Source: Bdellovibrionota bacterium (GTDB lineage: Bacteria > Bdellovibrionota_C > UBA2361 > OMII01). From it: a stretch of DNA of 51,395 nt. The notes under the pieces are model-generated. The model made no database searches and was not told the DNA's origin. It worked only from the letters and a program-made list of their open reading frames with translations. Made by a program: the position numbers and the translations under genes. Below, in pieces: positions 1-9,689 of the stretch; position 1 is the first letter of the stretch, and the number at the start of each line of letters is the position of its first letter. The stretch covers positions 1-51,395 of the forward strand of contig JBIKWQ010000012.1 of assembly GCA_044356215.1 (NCBI GenBank), written 5' to 3'.

Positions 1-108
1 TTCCGTGCTTCTTTGCGGTCATTTGTGTCTTCCATTTACAAGCATATGACACACTCCGAAGTATTTAGATACAGAAAAACACTGTGATCGTAGGTAGAAC
101 AACCGCTA

Positions 109-126
109 GATGTGGGTAATAGTCAG
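109..126 (-). mobile_element. Terminal inverted repeat (end) of an IS/MITE extending beyond the left window edge
   Basis: 109-126 GATGTGGGTAATAGTCAG is the exact reverse complement of 11615-11632 CTGACTATTACCCACATC, the left end of the MITE. Confidence 0.7.
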
Positions 127-325
127 ATCCTGCCCGAGGTGTAAAGCACAAATGAGGATCATAGCCTTCATCCAGGACGAGCACTCAATCAAGGACATCA
201 TGAAGGCTCAAGGTATTCCGGACTTCCAAGTCCCTCCCCCGATCCCAAAGTTCATCGACACCACCGAGGCTGTCGATGAACTAGCATTGTACGACTCGTT
301 TGACCCTTCACCAGGCGACTTCTAA
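127..325 (+). pseudogene. C-terminal remnant of an IS91-family (Y2/HUH) transposase, truncated by the element ending at 126
   Basis: CPRCKAQMRIIAFIQDEHSIKDIMKAQG..PPP matches the CxxC-xx-MRIIAFI C-terminal motif of IS91/ISCR-like transposases; the ORF start lies inside the foreign TIR. Confidence 0.7.
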
Positions 326-595
326 TTTCCGCTTCCACCTAGACGGAGCTGGCGAGGTCTAGCTTACGTACGGCCTTTAGGCCGAAATTCCGGCAATTGA
401 CGGCTGACAAGCCATGCAATGCTGCAAGAAAATCTTCAATCACCATTTTAAAACCTACATTAACCAAAACTCACTCTACTTCGGCACACCTGCCTGCTTA
501 TTAGGTCTCGTTAACCAGCACTCCCTAGATTATACAACCGATCCTAGCTGCCTAGATTGCTGATATAACTTGGGAATTGATTGGTTTGCTTATCC
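326..595 (+). mobile_element. Downstream (ori-side) end of the IS91-like remnant
   Basis: Non-coding, with short hairpins (CTAGAC..GTCTAG 339-362; CGGCC TTTA GGCCG 371-384), ending in TTGCTTATCC, reminiscent of IS91-family TTCCTAT(A/C)C ori ends. Confidence 0.4.
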
Positions 596-658
596 TTAAA
601 ACGGCAGTGAAGCACAATGAAATTGGGCAGCTGCGCAAAAGCACGGAGCAAAGCGGCA

Positions 659-1390
659 TCAACGAAATAGCAGCATCACTGCCAGAATTACGGCGAACGC
701 CGAAAAGAGATGTTTAACGAATCGATTGCCCCCCTTTATGGCGATGTGCGAGCCGATATAACCCCCGACCATCGTTGCAATCAGAAGTGTTAGGCCACTT
801 TCATAATTAACTCTGCCAAGCTGCGCATATACCATTAAGCCCATCAGGGAACTGATTAAATTCGGGAGACGTAATACTGCACTTGCCTCTATCATTGAGA
901 GACCAAACAGATAGACAGCTACAAAGATTGCTAGAATGCCAGTGGCAGCTCCGAAAGCCACCTGCATTATCAAGATTAGGAGAAAAGCTAAATACCCGAG
1001 CATGATGCTAGCTACTGAGGCGTGTCTCTTATCTGCGCCGAGATTGCTTTTAAAGATAAACAAGGGGATGCAGACTAATATGAGCCCACCTACGATCTGC
1101 TGAAAGACGGTAGAGCCAGTAAACAAATTTAAATATGGCCCCAAAAAGCCACTTACGAAAGCTAAACATGCCAGTGGAACTGCATGCTGATGCCGAAGAT
1201 TTCTTTCCTGAGTAAAGCGCATCATTGCGCCTAAACTCACCCCGATAAATCCAAAGTGGGTTGTTGTAGTAGCAATTTTCGGATCAATCCCCACTATCAT
1301 TTGAACCGGGGTAAGAATTAGACCGGAGCCCCCACCAATGGCTCCGCTAATTAAGCTTGCGACAATTCCGATTAAAAATATAAGCAGCAT
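659..1390 (-). CDS. TauE/SafE family (sulfite exporter/TSUP) membrane protein
   Basis: 243 aa, about 8 TM helices, N-terminal GAIGGGSGLILTP motif and internal repeat. Confidence 0.85.
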   Translation of the reverse strand: MLLIFLIGIVASLISGAIGGGSGLILTPVQMIVGIDPKIATTTTHFGFIGVSLGAMMRFTQERNLRHQHAVPLACLAFVSGFLGPYLNLFTGSTVFQQIVGGLILVCIPLFIFKSNLGADKRHASVASIMLGYLAFLLILIMQVAFGAATGILAIFVAVYLFGLSMIEASAVLRLPNLISSLMGLMVYAQLGRVNYESGLTLLIATMVGGYIGSHIAIKGGNRFVKHLFSAFAVILAVMLLFR

Positions 1391-1594
1391 AACGTTTCCT
1401 AAAGAACCACTCGCTTCTCAGCCGCAGCTCTACTTACCCTCACCTACCGAAAGTGCCATAGCGTTACTACCTGCATAATGCCGCTAGTAGTGCGGAGCAT
1501 AGCTAATGGCCAACCAAATTGCACTCCAGGTTATGACGGGTTTGTTAGTAGGAGTGATTTTAGCTGGGTAAAAACGTATAGAGAGAAACAAGGT

Positions 1595-1800
1595 TCCAGC
1601 CCCGACGGGGCTGGACAAAGCGACGGATTAATTCCCGTCCCGACAGGGCGAGAATCCGGCGCCTAGTCGAGTATTCTTATTTTTCGTAGGAGTAGAGTTA
1701 TCCATAGGGAGCGAAGTGAAGGGACATTTAACGATCCCGAAGCGTAGCTCCCTGTGGATAACTCGTGAGCGAAGAAAACTCCTAGAGTGACCTAGAGGAT
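1595..1800. repeat. Highly structured non-coding segment (nested inverted repeats)
   Basis: Perfect hairpin TCCAGCCCC-GAC-GGGGCTGGA (1595-1615); 18-bp stem 1695-1712/1747-1764 with one mismatch; outer TAGGAGT/ACTCCTA arms. Confidence 0.6.
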
Positions 1801-1975
1801 TGCGGCACGACCAGCTGGTTAGGTGTCGGCTCGACTCCTGCCCAAAGATCTACCGAGGAAGCGCCGCATTTGCCTCGCATCCTTCTGATCGGTACATCTT
1901 CACCCAAAGCCAAACGCTACTCAAGAAATGCCGCGAAAATCGCCATGTTTCTTAGCAAGCGAACAAAAACCGGGC

Positions 1976-2557
1976 CTACCCCACCTGCATCTTCTCCAAC
2001 TGCCCTCTAAGATCCTGAAGCGCCAGGGTGCGCATGCTGCACGCCGCCTTTTCCTCTAGGGTCATCTCACCCATCGTCTTTAAACTGCCAACTGGACAAA
2101 ATATCGAATCCCAGCCAAATCCAGAGCCTCTCGGTTTTACAACCTCGCCCTGCACTACACCCTCGCCATAGATAAACGTCTGCTGACCTAACGCTAATCC
2201 GAAGATCGTTCTGACCTCCGCGGCGCAATCACCGCGTGAGAGCGCTAATTGATGCACCCCCTCTCCACCTAAAGCTTTGAGAAACCATTTAATCAGAGGA
2301 CCCGGCAACCCGTTCAACGCGCGTAATGAAAGCGACGTGTCCTCAATTAAAACTGGAGAGTACCCCTGCCCTATCGCCGCTTGCGCTTTAGCGATCACCA
2401 CTTTGCGTGGCTCTAACTCTTGAATCTCAGGGAGATCTAGATCTACGTGACGCATCTTGCCTAAGATCGCCTCAACCTCACGCAACTTGTGACTGTTCCC
2501 AGTCACGAAGTAAACCTCCTGGAGAACCTTATCTACCTTTTCCCAACGACCCTTCAT
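1976..2557 (-). CDS. rdgB: Non-canonical purine NTP pyrophosphatase (Ham1/ITPase/RdgB family)
   Basis: FVTGNxxK, PEIQ, EDTSL, LNGLPGPLIKWF and GFGWD motifs; ATG at 2557 overlaps the hisS stop (TGATG). Confidence 0.9.
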   Translation of the reverse strand: MKGRWEKVDKVLQEVYFVTGNSHKLREVEAILGKMRHVDLDLPEIQELEPRKVVIAKAQAAIGQGYSPVLIEDTSLSLRALNGLPGPLIKWFLKALGGEGVHQLALSRGDCAAEVRTIFGLALGQQTFIYGEGVVQGEVVKPRGSGFGWDSIFCPVGSLKTMGEMTLEEKAACSMRTLALQDLRGQLEKMQVG

Positions 2558-3861
2558 CACTCTGCCGCCCAATCACTTACACTCGCCACCGGCCGCTGCT
2601 CTTTTGTAACCAAGTCCTTAACCTGAACACTCTTACTTGAGCTATCCACAAAAAACACATACCTGATCCCACGCTGCTCGGCGTACTCGATCTGCTTGCC
2701 TAACTTTGGCGACTTGAAATAGACCTCTGTTGGCACTCCAGCTATCCGAAGCTGATGCGCGATCTGATTACAACCAGGACGATCATCTTCGTTATAAACC
2801 GTAACAAGCGCCACTGATGGACTCTTTTTGCTCGTATCGATTAGATTCTCTGAGAAGAGGAGCTCCATAAAACGAGTTAATCCGATCGAGACACCAACTC
2901 CAGGAAGCTTCTGATCAGTGAATTCAGATGCTAGGTTATCGTACCTTCCGCCTGAGATCACAGTTCCAAACTCAGGATACTTAAGCAACCCAACTTCAAC
3001 AATCAAACCTGTGTAGTAATCAAGACCACGAGCAAGACTTAAGTCGATCACTAAACTCTCTTTGGCTGACTCAGGCAGGAGCGCGCAGATCTTAACCAGC
3101 TCACTAACCCCCTCATCTATTAACGCACCCGAGAGGCCAAGCTCAGAAACTTTAGGCGATAACTCATCAGCGCGGCATTTAATAGTTGTTGTCTCAAGTA
3201 ACTTAGCGCTCATAGCGGCCGTGACACCTGAGATCTGCGCTAACTCGCGGGCAACGCCATCAGCCCCTATCTTTAGAAGCTTATCTACAGCGGTGATCGC
3301 TTTTTTTGCCCCTTCACCATCTAGGCCAATCGACTCATAGAGGCCCGCCAATAGCTTTCGGCTATTAATTCTTAACTGGTAGCCACCCACATCGAACTCG
3401 TTCATTACCAGTCCAACGACGCTTAACACCTCAGCGTCACAGGCGACCGGGAGGTCGTTACGGCCGATAATATCGATATCGAACTGATAGAACTCGCGGA
3501 AACGTCCCTTCTGTGGCCGGTCACCGCGCCACACCTTCTGGAGCTGATAACGCTTAAATGGAAACGATAGTTCGTGATCGTGCTGGGCCACGTATCGGGC
3601 TAACGGCACTGTCAGATCGAAGTGCAGTCCCAGCTCAGCCTCACTGGCGCCATCGGCCTTTAGCCTCTGAACGGTGAAGATCTCCTTATCGATCACCCCT
3701 TTTGAGCCCAGGGTGGTGAGCAGCTCGACCGCCGGAGTCTCTATCGGCACGAAGCCATAACTCTCGTAGATCGCTTTAATCTTTGAGATTATCCGGTCCT
3801 CAGCGATCTTCTGCTCTGGGAGCCACTCGGGGAAACCCGATATTTTAGATGGTTTGGCCAT
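2557..3861 (-). CDS. hisS: Histidine--tRNA ligase
   Basis: SGFPEWLP, FDLTVPLARY, RGDRPQKGRFREFYQFD, RGLDYYTG, SGGRYD and anticodon-binding C-terminus; likely start MAKPSK. Confidence 0.97.
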   Translation of the reverse strand: MAKPSKISGFPEWLPEQKIAEDRIISKIKAIYESYGFVPIETPAVELLTTLGSKGVIDKEIFTVQRLKADGASEAELGLHFDLTVPLARYVAQHDHELSFPFKRYQLQKVWRGDRPQKGRFREFYQFDIDIIGRNDLPVACDAEVLSVVGLVMNEFDVGGYQLRINSRKLLAGLYESIGLDGEGAKKAITAVDKLLKIGADGVARELAQISGVTAAMSAKLLETTTIKCRADELSPKVSELGLSGALIDEGVSELVKICALLPESAKESLVIDLSLARGLDYYTGLIVEVGLLKYPEFGTVISGGRYDNLASEFTDQKLPGVGVSIGLTRFMELLFSENLIDTSKKSPSVALVTVYNEDDRPGCNQIAHQLRIAGVPTEVYFKSPKLGKQIEYAEQRGIRYVFFVDSSSKSVQVKDLVTKEQRPVASVSDWAAE

Positions 3862-4039
3862 ATACACGCACCGTTTGGAATTTGGGTATGGGAGGCGAGG
3901 CAAAACCCCCTCCCCAGGCAAGGTTACCAGAAAACCTCGCCTACCTCATAGAGCCTAGCCACTTACAAACCGTTCTTTTTTCTTCCCAAAGAATTTGAAC
4001 CGCAGTACAATCTGGGGGCTGCATTTTTTGGCGGGTGAT

Positions 4040-4297
4040 ATGGCAAAGATACCTTGGAGTCAGATCCGTGAGGCGTTCGATGGTGAATGGGTGGAGCTTA
4101 CAGGCTGCGCCTGGGGTGCGACGTCTCTACAACCCTCAGCAGCTCACGTGCGTTTTCACAGCAAGAACCGAAAAGACCTGATGACGTTAATCGAGCGCGC
4201 GGGCCGCCGTGAGGGCTCGGTTGTTCTCTTCGTAGGACCATCTCTTCCAGCTATAGAGATGAGCGACGGCCGATTCTCATTCTCGGCCGGGCTTTAA
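4040..4297 (+). CDS. Small hypothetical protein (WxxI..EWV...HS motif, DUF5678-like)
   Basis: 85 aa from ATG 4040, immediately upstream of the GH3 gene. Confidence 0.55.
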   Translation: MAKIPWSQIREAFDGEWVELTGCAWGATSLQPSAAHVRFHSKNRKDLMTLIERAGRREGSVVLFVGPSLPAIEMSDGRFSFSAGL

Positions 4298-4325
4298 TCA
4301 AACAAACGATTGTGGGTAGATAGAG

Positions 4326-5861
4326 ATGTTAGACGCCACTCCCTTACTGCGTCTGTACGCCAGATGGCGTAATTCATTCCTAGAGAATAGAACCCCAAGC
4401 GAGCTGCAAACTAAAGCTCTACTTAAGTTAGTTACCTCCGCGGCTCAGACTAACTTCGGCCACGACCACGGATTCTCATCGATTAAATCCGTCGCTGAAT
4501 ACCAGAAACGGGTTCCCCTAAGAACCTATGAGCAGATCTGGAATGATTACTGGAGAGACGCATTTCCAAAGTTAGATAACGTCTCTTGGCCAGGAATCAT
4601 AGAAAATTTCGCGGTTAGCTCTGGCACCTCATCAGGGACAACTAAGTATATCCCCTGTACAGCGGAGATGCTCGCCTCAAACCGCAAGGCCGCGTTTGAT
4701 CTCCTTGTGCACCACGTTACTAATCGCCCCCAGTCAAAAATCCTTGGGGGAAAAAACTTCCTGCTAGGTGGAAGCACCGATCTAACATCTCCAGCTCCCG
4801 GGATATTTTGTGGAGATCTAAGTGGCATCGTGGCTAAACAGATCCCTTGGTGGTTAGAGTCGCGCTATTTTCCACCGGCATCCCTGACCACTATTAAGAA
4901 CTGGGACGAAAAGGTCGATGCCTTCGCGCGCGCGTCTCTCAAAGAAGATATAAGGATGATCTCAGGAGTCCCCGCGTGGATGCTTATTTTCTTCGATGCC
5001 CTTAAAAAGATCGCTCCAGGAGGCGAAGCTGGTGTAGCGGCGATCTATAGAAACTTAGAGATGGTTGTTCACGGCGGGGTTAATTTTAACCCTTATTTAG
5101 ACCGTTTTAACGAGATCTTGCGGGGCTCAAACTGTGAGCTTAGAGAGGTATACCCAGCTAGCGAGGGTTTTATCGCGATCGCCGATCGCGGTTTTGGTGA
5201 TGGACTAAGGATGAATTTAGATCACGGCATCTTCTATGAATTCGTTCCTCTTGAGGAGCTTGAGAATAAGCAGCCAACACGCCACTGGATCGGTAACGTT
5301 GAGAAGGATATCAATTACGCAGTTGTGATGACCACCTGCGCGGGTCTCTGGTCATACGTAATTGGCGACACTGTGCGCTTTGTTGATACTGACTCACCTC
5401 GCGTGCTGGTTACTGGTCGCACATCTTACTACCTCTCAGCTTTTGGAGAGCATCTGATCGCCGAAGAGATCGAGGATGGGATCACCACTGCGTCTAGATC
5501 CGAGCATCTTGAAGTAAGCGATTACTCTGTTGGGCCGCTTTATCCAAAGAGCGATGGAGATTTAGGTGGGCATATCTATGTAATTGAGTTTAGTAACGGG
5601 ACACCATCCGAAGAGGCTCTTAACTCATTCGCTAGCGTCTTAGATAAACGACTCTGCCAGAGAAACGAGGACTACGAGGCTCACCGCGCCGGCGGATTCG
5701 GACTAAAACCTCCAACTCTCGTACCAGTTCCCGCAGGAACATTCGCCGCATGGATGAGTAGCCGTGGGAAGCTGGGTGGCCAGAACAAGGTGCCGAGAAT
5801 TATCACAAAGAGCGAGCTGCTATCCGATCTGCTTAATTTTGTTGAGTACGGGGAGAAATGA
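4326..5861 (+). CDS. GH3 family acyl-acid amido synthetase-like protein
   Basis: SSGTSSGTTKYIP, YPASEGF, YVIGDTV and GGQNKVPR motifs. Confidence 0.93.
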   Translation: MLDATPLLRLYARWRNSFLENRTPSELQTKALLKLVTSAAQTNFGHDHGFSSIKSVAEYQKRVPLRTYEQIWNDYWRDAFPKLDNVSWPGIIENFAVSSGTSSGTTKYIPCTAEMLASNRKAAFDLLVHHVTNRPQSKILGGKNFLLGGSTDLTSPAPGIFCGDLSGIVAKQIPWWLESRYFPPASLTTIKNWDEKVDAFARASLKEDIRMISGVPAWMLIFFDALKKIAPGGEAGVAAIYRNLEMVVHGGVNFNPYLDRFNEILRGSNCELREVYPASEGFIAIADRGFGDGLRMNLDHGIFYEFVPLEELENKQPTRHWIGNVEKDINYAVVMTTCAGLWSYVIGDTVRFVDTDSPRVLVTGRTSYYLSAFGEHLIAEEIEDGITTASRSEHLEVSDYSVGPLYPKSDGDLGGHIYVIEFSNGTPSEEALNSFASVLDKRLCQRNEDYEAHRAGGFGLKPPTLVPVPAGTFAAWMSSRGKLGGQNKVPRIITKSELLSDLLNFVEYGEK

Positions 5862-6985
5862 GAGAGAGATCCCGATTTATTTTCGCGGTCGCTCTAATCA
5901 TCGGCTCTATATTTTTCCGACCGATCTCTTCCGCGACCGCCCAAGAAGACCAAACTCTAAAAGTTGGGGCGCTCCTATCGCTCTCTGGTGGGCTTGAGCA
6001 GTGGGGTAACTACCTTAGACAGGGGATCGAGATAGCGCTGAGCGAGGAGGATGGAGAGCTGGTAAAGATCGTTATCGAGGACGATCACTCAGTCGATCTT
6101 AAGGCAACCACCTCAGCGGCGCGGCGATTAATCGACATCAATGGGGCGGATATTATTTTTTCCTGGACCAATGCGACCGTCCCTGTTCTGACTACGATTA
6201 GCAAGAGAGCTCGCACACCTCTTCTAAGCCCCTCCTATGACGAACGGATCGCCCAATCAGGTGAGTATATCTTTGGGACTTTAATAAATTACTCTACTAT
6301 ACCTCGGGATGTCGTGAAATTTTTTCAGGCGCGCGGGGCAAAGCGTTTGGCGTTAGTCCTAGCGAGTGACTACTGGTCCATGGGTTTCGAAGCGCCTTTT
6401 CGTGATGAGGCGAAGCTAAGAGGGCTCGATGTAGTTTTCTCTGAGACGATCGATCCAAAAGAAACAGAGACGAGAACTATCGTAGCTAACCTTAAAAAAT
6501 TAAATGTAGATGGCATTCTTGCCCCGCTTTACGGCCCCTCACTTATGTCGTTTATAAAACGGCACCGCGAGTCTCGATCAGAGAGCCTTATAAACGTAGC
6601 CGATGGGATGTTTGAGGATGATATCAAGACTCTCGGTGATGCGGCTGAGGGCGTTACCGCGATGCAGATCTGGCTTGAATCATCTGAATTAGAGACTAAG
6701 GTAAAAAAGCGATTCGGCGAAACGGCGAATGCTTTGCAACTAGGGCTTATCGCTCAGGGGTATGACTGTATCAAGCACCTAGCTGGCGCGGCAAAAGCTC
6801 TGCGCGCTTCTGGTCGCGCTGTTAACCGTGAAAACCTAAACTCAATCTTAAAAGAGTTCTCTAGTGTGGGCTACCTAGGTCCGATGATGCTGGGCGCGCC
6901 ACCAAAACAAACTGGTGAACAGGTTGTTTTGGTCGAACGGGGCAAATACCGCTTGGTTAACTTCACGCGGCCGCAACAGCCTTAA
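5858..6985 (+). CDS. Periplasmic binding protein, branched-chain amino acid (LivJ-like, type 1 PBP) family
   Basis: Signal peptide, LKVGALLSLSG, IVIEDD, alternating alpha/beta pattern; no permease adjacent. Confidence 0.85.
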   Translation: MRERSRFIFAVALIIGSIFFRPISSATAQEDQTLKVGALLSLSGGLEQWGNYLRQGIEIALSEEDGELVKIVIEDDHSVDLKATTSAARRLIDINGADIIFSWTNATVPVLTTISKRARTPLLSPSYDERIAQSGEYIFGTLINYSTIPRDVVKFFQARGAKRLALVLASDYWSMGFEAPFRDEAKLRGLDVVFSETIDPKETETRTIVANLKKLNVDGILAPLYGPSLMSFIKRHRESRSESLINVADGMFEDDIKTLGDAAEGVTAMQIWLESSELETKVKKRFGETANALQLGLIAQGYDCIKHLAGAAKALRASGRAVNRENLNSILKEFSSVGYLGPMMLGAPPKQTGEQVVLVERGKYRLVNFTRPQQP

Positions 6986-7484
6986 CCGGGGCGTTTGCCA
7001 ACTCAGCGCGGCCACCTAGAGCATTTAGCTCAAGTAGGAATAGATATCCCGCGACCTTTGCTCCAAGCTGCTCTATTAGCCGGCCAGCCGCTTTAGCTGT
7101 GCCACCAGTGGCTAGAACATCATCGACTACTAGCACAGAGGAACCCGGAGCTAGAGACTCGCGCTGAATGTGAAGCGCGTCTGTGCCGTATTCCAGTCCG
7201 TATCGCGCCGACTCGGTTGCCCCTGGCAACCTACCCGGTTTACGGGCCATAACGAGCGGAATCTTTAGCTTCACAGCTAACGGGGCTCCGAATACAAAAC
7301 CTCGCGACTCAATAGCCACAATGGTATCGAAGTGTAATTCTGAAACCTCCTTCGCCATCTGGTCAATAACTGCGCTGAAATCCGCCGGAGAGGCTAGAAG
7401 CGGTGATATGTCACGAAATACCACCCCTGGCTTAGGAAAATCAGGGACGATTCGAAGGAGATTTAGGACTTGAGGGATCTTCAT
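6963..7484 (-). CDS. apt: Adenine phosphoribosyltransferase
   Basis: PDFPKPGVVFRDI, ESRGF, ARKPGRLP, LEYG and VDDVLATGGT motifs. Confidence 0.97.
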   Translation of the reverse strand: MKIPQVLNLLRIVPDFPKPGVVFRDISPLLASPADFSAVIDQMAKEVSELHFDTIVAIESRGFVFGAPLAVKLKIPLVMARKPGRLPGATESARYGLEYGTDALHIQRESLAPGSSVLVVDDVLATGGTAKAAGRLIEQLGAKVAGYLFLLELNALGGRAELANAPVKAVAAA

Positions 7485-7507
7485 AAATTCAACGCGACTA
7501 CAAGAGA

Positions 7508-8125
7508 TTACTTATCCGTTGACTTCAGGAAGCTCAAGATCGCTTTATAATCCTTCGGCACCTGAGGCTCCGGGATGTAAGTCTCTCCCTTATAGAGCTG
7601 CCCTCGCAAGCTACGGAAATGAAAAAGCGCGAATCTTACAAAATCACCGAGAGCATGAATCACCGTTTCTTTATCAACCTCGTCATTCAGCGACTTAAGA
7701 TCTCTTATCGCCCGTACGGCCGCCAGAGCCACCAACTTATCGCTAAACATAATGGGACTTGGAGACTCCTGGGTGTATTCTATATTAGGCGTAGTTAATC
7801 GGCGTTCGACTAAGTCATCTGTAACTCGGATAAAGTCGATTAGGAGGCCGCGTACAAATCGATCTAGCCAATGAGCCTTGTCACAGCTACTCAGATCCTG
7901 CTTTCCTCTCGACTCTTCATATCGGTCTCGTTCGCCGATCAAAACCCCTCGCACCCTCCTATTCTCAGCCTCATGTTCACTCTTTTCTGGATTGTTTTTG
8001 AAGAGCCTCTCCCGCAAATCGATCTCTCCCTTTACGGATGATATAACTTTAGAAACAGTTGGGATTATAAGCTGATCCAGCTGCGAGCAGCTCAAGCGGG
8101 GAGAAGTCTTTGTACACACATCCAT
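7508..8125 (-). CDS. Hypothetical protein (helical)
   Basis: 205-aa ORF co-oriented with apt; no motif recognised. Confidence 0.6.
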   Translation of the reverse strand: MDVCTKTSPRLSCSQLDQLIIPTVSKVISSVKGEIDLRERLFKNNPEKSEHEAENRRVRGVLIGERDRYEESRGKQDLSSCDKAHWLDRFVRGLLIDFIRVTDDLVERRLTTPNIEYTQESPSPIMFSDKLVALAAVRAIRDLKSLNDEVDKETVIHALGDFVRFALFHFRSLRGQLYKGETYIPEPQVPKDYKAILSFLKSTDK

Positions 8126-8233
8126 ACCACTAATTATATCACCCCTTTATACCGCTACTCAAACACCAGCAATTTGGCTAACACCCAGCCCTATTTGCCA
8201 ACCTATAACAACCTGGCTAAACTCCCAGGTCTG

Positions 8234-8989
8234 ATGTCGTCGCTACCCCTGCTCTCACTCTTGGTACTATACCCCCTAACCCTGCTGGGCGACGGTTGCA
8301 TCCTGATTGCTATCGCCTTAGCGGCTACCGTTAGAGGTCGACCGATAACTTGGGGAGCTGCATTCGCTCTCTTTCACGCCCTCTACGGTGTTATCGGAAT
8401 CCTAGTCGCTGGAGAGATCGCTCACTATTCAGAGACCTTAGGGCACTTCTTTATCCTCGTAGGAAGCTACATCTTACTCCGACATTTTATGCACCACTCA
8501 CTGCACCATCAGGCAGGCGGTGATTGCAGCTGCGAGAATCATAAGCCACCCCCTGTTAGCACAAGAGCGATCTTCTCGACGGCGTCCGCTTTCTCGCTGC
8601 ACTCTTTAGCCAGCGGAGCCATAGTTCGTGGGATGGCGGGAGAAATAAACTTGCCTATTCTTATCGCGTTATTGCTCGGCATGTCCGCTGTGGTAGGAGC
8701 TCTAATATCGACTATCGTTTTTATCGGTGACCTAGAGCGGATGCCGATCTTAAGAGCGCTCGACAAACTTCCGGGGCTCGTAGCGGCGGTACTAACCGGT
8801 TTATGTTGTTTTGCTACGTTTCATCTGCTGCACGGAATCCTCGAGGGGTCGCGCCTGTTTGAGGGTCTATTTCTTATTTTATCGGTTCTCGTTTCTGTCA
8901 CGGTCGGCTACCGAGTTCATCGTCATCGATTGGCTCATGCGACAAATTATAACGAGCATCACCACATCAATATTAAACGACGGATCTAA
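8234..8989 (+). CDS. Multi-pass membrane protein with a His/Cys-rich loop (possible metal transporter)
   Basis: About 7 TM helices; HFMHHSLHH..CSCENH loop; His-rich C-terminus; start chosen at ATG 8234. Confidence 0.7.
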   Translation: MSSLPLLSLLVLYPLTLLGDGCILIAIALAATVRGRPITWGAAFALFHALYGVIGILVAGEIAHYSETLGHFFILVGSYILLRHFMHHSLHHQAGGDCSCENHKPPPVSTRAIFSTASAFSLHSLASGAIVRGMAGEINLPILIALLLGMSAVVGALISTIVFIGDLERMPILRALDKLPGLVAAVLTGLCCFATFHLLHGILEGSRLFEGLFLILSVLVSVTVGYRVHRHRLAHATNYNEHHHINIKRRI

Positions 8990-8997
8990 AACTAACG

Positions 8998-9681
8998 ATG
9001 AATTCGCGATCTGACGCTATCAGCACCTATAGCAACCACGATTCAATCAATCCATATGAGCCTCTTAACGTTCCACATTCTGCAACCGCTCTAGACCGAT
9101 TGGTCCAAGAGATCCAGAACGAATTGGAAAAACTTGTGGAATCAATCCGGAATGAGGCTACTTTACGCAGCTCTATCTTTATGGTGCCTCACTGCGATCA
9201 CGACAATCAACTGTTTTTGGCCATGACGATGTACGCGGCTAGAGCATGCGAGAGTCCGAGCATAAGACACGATAGCTTTGACTCCCTACTGCTAGATTTA
9301 AACGCGGCACAATCTCCGTCTGCCCTGACCGAAATTAAACACGACCTAATATTGGAGCACGGAGATATTCTCGAAAGGGCCGAGGAGTTTAATAGGCTAA
9401 TGACGTTCTGGTTTGGAGCACTTACTTTGAGCAGTTTAATCACTCTGGGCGACGTGGTAGCCCCAAACCTACCCAGGCAGATACGCGATATCATCGATAT
9501 ATCAATAGGGCCTCGAGATTATGCTACCTACAGCTTCCTAAGATACGGCATCGGGATGCTTGGCAGCGCTGTCGGTGCCTGGGCATGTATAAGCACGATG
9601 TGGAAGGCAGACGATCCTGAATCGCTAGCTGGAAAGGCATTGAAGTATGTTGATTCACTCTGCCAACAGACTATAGATTAA
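8998..9681 (+). CDS. Hypothetical membrane protein (2 C-terminal TM helices)
   Basis: 227-aa ORF 8 bp after the previous stop. Confidence 0.6.
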   Translation: MNSRSDAISTYSNHDSINPYEPLNVPHSATALDRLVQEIQNELEKLVESIRNEATLRSSIFMVPHCDHDNQLFLAMTMYAARACESPSIRHDSFDSLLLDLNAAQSPSALTEIKHDLILEHGDILERAEEFNRLMTFWFGALTLSSLITLGDVVAPNLPRQIRDIIDISIGPRDYATYSFLRYGIGMLGSAVGAWACISTMWKADDPESLAGKALKYVDSLCQQTID

Positions 9682-9689
9682 TCGGCGGG

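Noticed and set aside
102..116. NrdR-box-like CCGCTAGATGTGG
   Set aside because: Overlaps the mobile-element TIR; no nrd gene visible
1698..1761. Two inverted DnaA-box-like 9-mers (TTATCCATA, TGTGGATAA) suggesting oriC
   Set aside because: Only two boxes, both explained as arms of one hairpin; no AT-rich unwinding element or dnaA/gidA context
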